A program made the position numbers and the translations under genes. This document shows positions 33,999 through 42,300 of a stretch of DNA of 45,866 nucleotides, one piece after another. This DNA is from a virus (taxonomy: Duplodnaviria; Caudoviricetes): the IMG/VR virus record IMGVR_UViG_3300021082_000048, positions 1-45,866 of that record. One strand, written 5' to 3'. Numbering within the stretch: position 1 is the first letter of the stretch; every line of letters begins with the position of its first letter. The notes beneath the pieces were generated by a model. It ran no database searches. It saw only the letters and a program-made list of their open reading frames with translations, and had not been told where the DNA came from.

Positions 33999-35246
33999 GT
34001 GCACATTATCCAAGTAGAAGTCTCTGCTATCGTAGTCCCTGATGACAGGTTCAGGGGAATCAACAAGAAGGTTGAGGATATTGCCACAAGCATCCTCAAG
34101 TATGGGCAGCTACAGCCTATCATCATTACGCCTGAAGGTGTCCTAGTTGATGGTGGTCACCGTCTTGCCGCCGCCAAGCTCAACTGTTCCAGCCACATCG
34201 CGGCAGTCTACAGCAACGACGTTGATCCGTTGTACCTCAGGGAAGTGGAACTAGAAGCCAACATCATGCGGCTTGAGATGACTTGGCAGGAGAAAGCACA
34301 TGCACTCAAGACATTGCACGAACTCAAAGTTGCACGCAATCCTAACGCTTCCCAAGCGCAGACTGCTGCAGCTGCTGGTGAAGGATCGCAGCGGGCGATC
34401 AGCCAGGCGATTAGCATTTCTCGTATGGTTGAACTCTTCCCAGAAATCGGAGAGGCGAAGTCCCTCAACCAAGCACTGAGCCTAGCAAAGGCCAAGGCTA
34501 AGGGGGTCATGCGAGTAAAGGAAGTTCGAGACGATCCGGAAGTCTATGCTGCCATCGAGGACAAGCTGATCCTCGGCGACTCAGTCGAAGTCATCAAGAC
34601 GATCCCAGATCACACGTTCAACGCTATCATCACCGACCCTCCATTCGGAATCAACTACGATGACCGTAAGGCTGGAACCGTTGGAAGTATTACAGATTAC
34701 GAAGATGGTCCTGAGGCATATGAACGCCTCCTCACAATGGCGCCGGATTTGTACCGCACTATTAAACCGGACGGCTGGCTCATCTGGTTTCTCGGAGTGT
34801 CTTGGTACGAGCGGTGCAAGGCCGTCTTCCGTGATGCTGGATTTATTGTCGACGAGATACCCGTTATCTGGGACCGCAGTCAGGGTCGTTGTTTTACCAC
34901 TAGACCTGATCGGTATTTTGGCAGAGCGTATGACATTGCTCTTCATTGTATCAAGGGAGACCCGCAGATGGTACTGCGAAGTCGCCCCAATATCATTAGG
35001 GTCGAGCCCGTATCTAACGCCGATCGAGAGACTCTCGTTGAACGTCCAGTTGAGCTCTATGCTGAACTCATCCGACGGCTTACTGTTCCCGGCGAGACGG
35101 TCGCTGATTTCTTTGCTGGGTCAGGCAGCTGTCTGGCTGCGGCGGCAAGCACGGGCCGTAGGTACTTCGGAGTCGAAATGAATCCTGAGCGTCGTGCTTG
35201 GGCACTCAAGAAGATTCGTGCCCACACGCGGGATGATGCAGCATGA
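33999..35246 (+). CDS. ParB N-terminal + HTH + beta-class N6A/N4C DNA methyltransferase fusion
   Basis: GQLQPI, DGGHRLAA (GxxR), ANIMRLEM; HTH-like SQAQTAAAAGEGSQRAISQ; TDPPF precedes DFFAGSGS. Confidence 0.88.
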   Translation: MHIIQVEVSAIVVPDDRFRGINKKVEDIATSILKYGQLQPIIITPEGVLVDGGHRLAAAKLNCSSHIAAVYSNDVDPLYLREVELEANIMRLEMTWQEKAHALKTLHELKVARNPNASQAQTAAAAGEGSQRAISQAISISRMVELFPEIGEAKSLNQALSLAKAKAKGVMRVKEVRDDPEVYAAIEDKLILGDSVEVIKTIPDHTFNAIITDPPFGINYDDRKAGTVGSITDYEDGPEAYERLLTMAPDLYRTIKPDGWLIWFLGVSWYERCKAVFRDAGFIVDEIPVIWDRSQGRCFTTRPDRYFGRAYDIALHCIKGDPQMVLRSRPNIIRVEPVSNADRETLVERPVELYAELIRRLTVPGETVADFFAGSGSCLAAAASTGRRYFGVEMNPERRAWALKKIRAHTRDDAA

Positions 35247-35536
35247 ATGAGTTCCTATTGAAGCCGGGCAGCCACATCTCGATGAAGGCTGGCTGCACAT
35301 GCCCAATGCTAGAGAACCATCTGGGACTGGGCGTCTCAGGCCACAGCATCGTACCACTCTTTCAAGTCGACAGGGAGTGCCCATTACATGCTCACTGGAA
35401 TGGAGCTTCAGCAGGTAGTCAGCCTGCTGGACGACGGGTGGAGTTACCAAAACGTAGCGAGTATGTTGGTACAATCAAAGCTGCACTCACTATCACTAGG
35501 CGAGTACGCCGCGAAGATAAGGACAGCGATGTATGA
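35243..35536 (+). CDS. Hypothetical Cys/His protein
   Basis: GCTCP..N..G.G...CPLH; ATGA overlap. Confidence 0.65.
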   Translation: MNEFLLKPGSHISMKAGCTCPMLENHLGLGVSGHSIVPLFQVDRECPLHAHWNGASAGSQPAGRRVELPKRSEYVGTIKAALTITRRVRREDKDSDV

Positions 35537-35769
35537 CTGTGAATCCGCAAATAGATTTCAACGAGGGTTTCCTAAAGCACACGGAAACTCTAAAGCTGGC
35601 GTTCGCGAACTATCAGGACTTGATGGAGAAGCACGGGACGATGATCGCTGAATACAAGGCAGTGTGTCAACAGGTTGACTATGCACGAAAGCGCATCACT
35701 GATGCACAGACGAGTCTCAATGACTTCGTCGGAAAGGCAGCACGTGAAGCTAATACAAGAGGGACCTAA
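35533..35769 (+). CDS. Coiled-coil hypothetical protein
   Basis: ATGA overlap. Confidence 0.65.
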   Translation: MTVNPQIDFNEGFLKHTETLKLAFANYQDLMEKHGTMIAEYKAVCQQVDYARKRITDAQTSLNDFVGKAAREANTRGT

Positions 35770-38158
35770 AAACGCGAAGATAGTACTCGTGGGCGAAGCA
35801 CCAGGTTCAACGGAGATGGCTACGGGTCTACCCTTCCAAGGAGGCGCAGGTGAAGTCCTCAACCGCATGCTGGATAGAACAGGAATTGAACGACACCTAT
35901 GTTTCGTTACTAACATTTGTCACGTCCAGCCGCCGGGAAACAAGTTCGACTGGTTCCTTAAGCCGAAGCCCCGTGCTGAGTTCGTGCTTGGGCTCATGCA
36001 GCTCAAGAAAGACATTGAGGAGATTAAGCCTAATCTTGTCATTGCCCTCGGGGCACAGCCACTAAGGTTCCTAACGGGTAAGCAGAGTATTGATAAATGG
36101 CGTGGGTCCATCCTTGAGTCTACACTGGTCAAGGGCCAAAAGGTCATTGGCACCTATCACCCTGCTTACATCTTGCGGATATGGGACTACAAGGCGGTAG
36201 CCGAGTTTGATCTTTCCCGGTGCGCTGGGGACCAGCACTACCCAGAACTCCGCCACCCGGCCCGAAACCTCACACTCGACCCCCCGCCACACCTACGCCC
36301 GCAACTCCAAGCGGAGCTACTCGCCGCACCGTACCTCAGCGTGGATATAGAATGTGTCGAAACTCCCACTGGATGGAAGCTCAGCTGCGTCGGGTTCGCT
36401 GACCGACCGGGCCGGGGCGTTGTCATTCCTATCAGGGATGCAGAAGACCTTCGGTATGTCAAGACTCTCTGCGAGTCCAATGTCCCGAAAGTATTCCAAA
36501 ACGGATCTTTTGATTGCACAGTTCTTCTCCAAAACGGTATCCGAGTGGCTAACTTTGCATGGGATACCATGCTCGCTCACCACTCGCTATATCCCGAATG
36601 TGCGTCTAGCGCCGATGAGGTTTCAAGCCTTGGCGGCAAGAAGCGGCAAAGTGCTATTGCTAAGGGCCTGGCTTTTCTCAACTCCATCTATACGCGCCAG
36701 CCGTTCTACAAAGACGACGGTAAGCTATGGACGGAAACAGGCGACCTGCAAATGTTTTGGCGCTATAACGGCCTTGACGCTACGGTTACTGCCGAAATAC
36801 ATGAGCTACAAAAAGATGACCTACGAGCGTTCGGAACTGAGGGAGTGTTCCAACACGAAATGTCGCTTGTGCAGCCGCTCATGGATATTACTCGTCGAGG
36901 CATCAAAATAGACTTGGCGCTGCGCGCACAACTCAAGGAGAAGAATGAGTGGGAAATCAACAACCTGCAGAACTTCCTTGATGCAGCGCTGGGTGAGACG
37001 GTCAACGTCAAGTCATCACCACAGATCACACGCATCCTCTACGAGAAGTTGAAACTGCCCGTCAAGAAGAACAAGAAGACCGGCAACCCAACAGCTGACA
37101 AGGATGCGGTAACAGAACTGGCGGCTAAGTACAGCCACCCAATGCTCCTCACAATTCTCAAGATTCGCCAGCGTAGGGATTACGTTGAGCGCTATCTGAA
37201 TGCGAAGGTGGATGATGATGGAAGAATGCGATGCAGCTTCGATATCACAGGAACCCGAAGCGGCAGGCTATCGTCGCGTCAATCTATCTACGGATCGGGG
37301 ACAAATCTACAGAATATTCCTTCGCGGAAGCCTGAGGGAGAAGCCATTCGTAGAATGTTCGTGGCCGATGATGGAAAGATCTTGGTGTCCCGTGACTATA
37401 AACAGGCCGAAGCTTGGTTGGTGGCGTATCTCTCAGGCGCCGAAGGACTCATCGAACTCCTTAATGACCCTAGCCGAGACATGCATACTGAGAATGCTGC
37501 TCGCATCTTCGGTATCAAAGTTGAGCAAGTTAATCCAGAACAACGGTACTTGGCAAAGAGAGTCGTTCACGCTTCTAACTATGGAATGGGAGCAAATCGC
37601 CTCGTCGAGTTGGTCAACGAAGATACTGAAGCTACGGGGATATCGCTTAAGCATCGTGATGCTCAGACTCTCATCGACAAATACTTTCTGCTTTACCCTG
37701 AGATTCGATCGGTCTACTGGCGAGAGGTACTCAATGAGCTTCGGTATTCTAGAACATTGAACACGCCTTTCGGCAGAAAGAGAATGTTCTATGGGCGCTG
37801 GGACGACAAGCTCGAGCGTGAGGCTTATAGTTATATCCCTCAATCAACGGTCGGAGACTTGGGTGGAAGAGCAATTGTTTCTTGCTATGATACCGTCGAG
37901 CGAGTCGTGCCGAATGCTGAAGTCCTGCTCAATGTCCACGACTCGATTCTCATGCAGTGTGATCTACAAGACTTGGAAGTCGTTCAAGCAGGAATGGCCA
38001 GAGCTATGGAGATTCCTGTCACTGTCAAAGGACGGACGTTCACCATTCCTACTGATTGTAAAGTGGGGTTCAACTGGGGGAACCGTCCCAAAAAGAATCC
38101 AGAACTAAACCCCCTAGGCCTTCGGGACTATGAGGTTTGGATAAAGGAGGCCGCATGA
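35744..38158 (+). CDS. polA: Family A DNA polymerase with N-terminal uracil-DNA glycosylase (family 4-like) domain
   Basis: UDG motifs GEAPG, PFQG, HPAYILR; exo motifs VDIE, NGSFD, YNGLD; pol motifs SGRLSS, DYKQAE, R...K...H..NYG, VHDS. Confidence 0.93.
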   Translation: MKLIQEGPKNAKIVLVGEAPGSTEMATGLPFQGGAGEVLNRMLDRTGIERHLCFVTNICHVQPPGNKFDWFLKPKPRAEFVLGLMQLKKDIEEIKPNLVIALGAQPLRFLTGKQSIDKWRGSILESTLVKGQKVIGTYHPAYILRIWDYKAVAEFDLSRCAGDQHYPELRHPARNLTLDPPPHLRPQLQAELLAAPYLSVDIECVETPTGWKLSCVGFADRPGRGVVIPIRDAEDLRYVKTLCESNVPKVFQNGSFDCTVLLQNGIRVANFAWDTMLAHHSLYPECASSADEVSSLGGKKRQSAIAKGLAFLNSIYTRQPFYKDDGKLWTETGDLQMFWRYNGLDATVTAEIHELQKDDLRAFGTEGVFQHEMSLVQPLMDITRRGIKIDLALRAQLKEKNEWEINNLQNFLDAALGETVNVKSSPQITRILYEKLKLPVKKNKKTGNPTADKDAVTELAAKYSHPMLLTILKIRQRRDYVERYLNAKVDDDGRMRCSFDITGTRSGRLSSRQSIYGSGTNLQNIPSRKPEGEAIRRMFVADDGKILVSRDYKQAEAWLVAYLSGAEGLIELLNDPSRDMHTENAARIFGIKVEQVNPEQRYLAKRVVHASNYGMGANRLVELVNEDTEATGISLKHRDAQTLIDKYFLLYPEIRSVYWREVLNELRYSRTLNTPFGRKRMFYGRWDDKLEREAYSYIPQSTVGDLGGRAIVSCYDTVERVVPNAEVLLNVHDSILMQCDLQDLEVVQAGMARAMEIPVTVKGRTFTIPTDCKVGFNWGNRPKKNPELNPLGLRDYEVWIKEAA

Positions 38159-39339
38159 CACGGCTAGTAAAGAACTGGTTGCAAGGATATCTAGCGTACA
38201 CTGCTGAATCCGAATCACCAGAGGGGTACCATCTATGGGTTGGAATAAGTTGTATCGCGGGAGCTATTCGTCGGAAAGCGTTTTTTCCGATGGGGTACTT
38301 CCTACTATATCCAAATATGTATACTGTCCTCGTGGGACCTCCTGGTCGATGCAAGAAGTCCACGGCTATGCGTGTTGGACGGCAGATGTTGGGTGGAGTG
38401 GAAGGCATTCACTTCACTACGGATTCTGTCACACGCGAGCGCTTGATAATGGACTTGGGCCAGACGTTTGTAGACGGCCATTCATCTATGACCGCATTCT
38501 CCAGCGAGTTTGCGTCATTGCTGACGTCATCAGGTATGGATATGGTCGTGTTCTTGACAGACATCTTCGATTCACCCGACGAGTGGACACATCGAACCAA
38601 GATTGGTGGGACGAATACTATCAAGGCGCCGTACCTGAACCTTATAGGCGCCACTACGCCGGACTGGATTGCGAAAGCTATGCCCTTGGATACGATTGGC
38701 ATTGGACTGACTTCTCGGATTGTCTTTGTTTACGAGGATACCCCACGTATCAAGGATCCATTCCCGGTCTTGTCGGAGGGCCAGAAGAAGCTGGGTCAGA
38801 TGTTGATACAGGATTTGTCGAAGATTGCTTTAATCGCGGGACAATACCGCTTGACTGGTGATGCAGAAGAATACTACACGATATGGTATCGTAAGCGAAT
38901 CGAGAACCCTAACCCTACGAATGACCCACGGTTGAATGGGTACTTCGAGCGCAAGCCTATGCACATGCTCAAGCTATGCATGATCCTTGCAGCTGCCGAG
39001 ACGGACAGTACAATAATCGAACTTGAGCATGTGCAAGAAGCGATGGCTCAGCTCGAACGTACCGAGCAGTCAATGCCAAAGGTCTTTGCCAATGTAGGTA
39101 AGAATCCTTTCGCTACGGATATTGAAGAGATCTATACTGCACTCGTACAGGTCCATCCTGACGGTATGATCTTTGGAGAGATACTCAACCGATTCAAGCA
39201 TAACCTGCAAGTCGAGGACCTGTCTGGTATCCTCAATGGGATGCAACAGATGGGACATGTAGTGCTGCGGGAGTCACACTATTACGCGAACTTAGCGTTT
39301 CTCCGCACAGCACTACAGAAGGAGGTTAGCGATTCATGA
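38155..39339 (+). CDS. P-loop helicase-like protein (DUF3987-like)
   Basis: PNMYTVLVGPPGRCKKST, SEF, NLIGATTP, GLTSR; coupled to polA by ATGA. Confidence 0.75.
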   Translation: MTRLVKNWLQGYLAYTAESESPEGYHLWVGISCIAGAIRRKAFFPMGYFLLYPNMYTVLVGPPGRCKKSTAMRVGRQMLGGVEGIHFTTDSVTRERLIMDLGQTFVDGHSSMTAFSSEFASLLTSSGMDMVVFLTDIFDSPDEWTHRTKIGGTNTIKAPYLNLIGATTPDWIAKAMPLDTIGIGLTSRIVFVYEDTPRIKDPFPVLSEGQKKLGQMLIQDLSKIALIAGQYRLTGDAEEYYTIWYRKRIENPNPTNDPRLNGYFERKPMHMLKLCMILAAAETDSTIIELEHVQEAMAQLERTEQSMPKVFANVGKNPFATDIEEIYTALVQVHPDGMIFGEILNRFKHNLQVEDLSGILNGMQQMGHVVLRESHYYANLAFLRTALQKEVSDS

Positions 39340-42300
39340 TTGAATCAGTCGGAGGACTCATACTGTCGTTTGCCGTTTGCTGCTGGGCAATGGCAGTCTT
39401 GGCTGACCTCGCAGCAAGGTTTGTTTGCTTTGCAAGTTCAATCATTGCTTCCTGTATCTCACGGATCAGGGACTCTTTCGTCTGACCCTGTGGCATCATC
39501 TTGGGATCGAGCTGACGGATATCTTGGATAGCCTTCCTCATATCCGTCAGATCGGCCCTCGACTTACGATACAGTTCTGCAACACCCAAGTCCTCAATGT
39601 GATCTACAGCGTACTTCCCTGCCTCAACACCCAGCTGCTGGTCAACAAGTTCCTTCACACCCTGTTCCACACGATCAGACTTGTTAGCCATGATATAGAA
39701 CTCATGGATCGACTGAGTCTGCACAGCTGGCCACTGTGGGAACGCCGAGCCAACAAATGGAATCTCCTCGTGCATCGGCATCTCCTGCGTCCGGCTATAC
39801 TTAAGCATATTACTGATGCCCTGCAGTGCAGCATACGTCAGTGTACCACCGAGGTTCCTAGCAATGTAATCAAGTCCCGCAGGTGAAAGGGCTCGCTGTA
39901 GCCCTTGGCTATCAACATCATCTGTCCACTTTCCCATAAGACTAGATACTTCTTGTGAAATACCAGTAGTGTTCTGGTTCCGCAAGAACTGAGGATCAAG
40001 GTTTCGGTCGGGAGTAATCTGTCCACCGAAGTTCAAGTCCTTGTTAGCCCACAGTGACAACGGTACACTCGCAACAAGTGGTGTAAGATTCAGCTGCACA
40101 TCATTGAGCATCGCTTCCTTCCAAGTATCGTAAGCAATAGGATCATTGTTACGCTTGTTATCAAGTACAGCTTCAATCGCAGTACCGAACAGCTCACCCT
40201 CAAACAAGGGCTTTGGAATCTTAATCAGACCATGATCTGGTCCACGCATCCACCAGAACTTACGCCCTGAAGGAGTACCACGAAGCTCCTTGATCTGTTC
40301 ATCATCCTCATATGCAAAGTACAGTAGCATACTGGGGATCATCACTCCAGCCACACCTCGGGCAAACCATTTCGCTGGAGCTTCCTTTGCTGCATCGAAC
40401 GTAGCTGACATACCTTGGATCGAAGGATTCAAGAACAGTGTCATCTTGTTCAACGCTTGTGCTACCGCCCAGTCACCACGATTGCTGAAGTTAGCACCGT
40501 ACTTCTTTGTGGAATACACAGCATCCAGAACACTACTACCACGACCGCGCTCAGATAGATAAGCCCCAACCCTAGCCGCATCGCTAATCGAGATGATGGC
40601 ATTGGCATACGCGTCCTTCACTCCTGTCCACGTAAGCGTCTTCGCGTCGTTGATTACCTCTCCAATCTTTGTTCTTGCCGGAGCAGTCTGCACCTGTCGG
40701 AGAAGAGATAGACCGTCTCTAGTAACCTGGAGTCCTTGGGACGCGATAGAATCTCCAACTCCGCCAGCAGTGATAAACTTACGGTACTCCGGAGATTTAG
40801 TAATGATATGGAAAGCTCCAGCAATTGAACCTCCCGCCGACCGCAGCAAGCTAATTCCAGGCGTACCACCGTAGGCTCCGTTCATGTAGTATTGCCATAC
40901 ATCACGGATAGACTGGTATGCTACAAACACAGGATTGGCTGTAATACCAATCTTGGCTACGTTAGTCAGGGCTTCAATGGGAGCAAGACCTGCCATCACG
41001 TATTGCATTTCCTGCGGTCGAAAAGACCGAAACATTCTCTCAAATGGTTCAGCAAGCCGGACAGCAACTGGTTCACCGTTCTCATAGTAACGTAGTATTC
41101 CATTCGTCACATTGAGGGATTCATCGGTAAGACCCATCAGCATGTTCTTGGCTTCGCTAGCACTTATCTCAGTTCCTGACGCTGCGAGGTCTGCCTTCAA
41201 TGCCTTGGCTTGGTCATCAAGACCAGCAATGTCAGGTGCCTTGCTCAACCGTTGACCAACAAACTGACGGGCTTCCTTTGGGAGCAGATCAATGTATTGC
41301 ACGAACACCTTCGCCATCTTGTTCAACTCAGCAGCACGCTGGATTCTACCTGTCATGTCGATGGCAGCCTCAAAGGGATTCTGGATATCTCTAGTAGAGC
41401 CCACCATCTTATGACTGGTCTGCGGAACTGCAGCACCCTTGATGTTCTTCTTTACATCTAGTTGTCCCGCCGACTGTCCTGGCTTATCGTTAAACAGTCT
41501 ACGGATCGCAACGTACATTTCGTCACTATTGAACTTCTGTCGGACTTCTGCGCTGATAAGCCCATCCCGCACTTGCAAATCAGCGAGGGCGCGAAAGTAC
41601 TTTGTGAGAGCTTCTCTGGCCTTATGCATCTTTGGAGTAGCTCTAGTAAACATCTCTCGTGCGGCGTCATAGTCAATACCCAATGTCTTTCCCCGCGTAG
41701 CACGGACCTCCAGCTCACGTGCAGCGGCAGCAAGATCACCAATCGTTCGAGTATCACCATCGTTCAAAGCTGCGATATGTTGCAGCGACGGGATTGGCTG
41801 ACCCTCATCATCCAAGAATGGACGAGGATTACCCAGCTCGTCGAAGTACGCTGGACCATCACCCTTCACCCATGCATCTGTCCGTCCCCGGTACAGACCA
41901 AAGAGTTCAGCCTGCTTACCAAGGTTCGACTGGAAGCTTACCTTCGCTCGGCCAATCGCAGCCGTGAGACGCTCTGCTGGAAGGCTTCTCCTCGCTATAC
42001 CCATCCAAGCGTTGTGGAGATAATGGCTAAGACCGATACGTTCAGTGAAGTTCTGATCCTCAATTGAACGAACCTTCTCACGCAGCTTACGCTGATAAGC
42101 AGGGGTACCATCAGTCTTAGCTTGCTGGAAACGCTTGTTCACATGTGAAGCACCAAGTGCCCCAGCAACGCCAATGTACAGTGCATGCTCAAGCCGCTGC
42201 TGATCGCTGTCAGCAGGCAACAGAAAACCTCCTGCGAACCCAGCCACAAAGCCAGTCACTGCAGGGTTCGTCTGTACGATCATCCCTCCAGCTCCACCAG

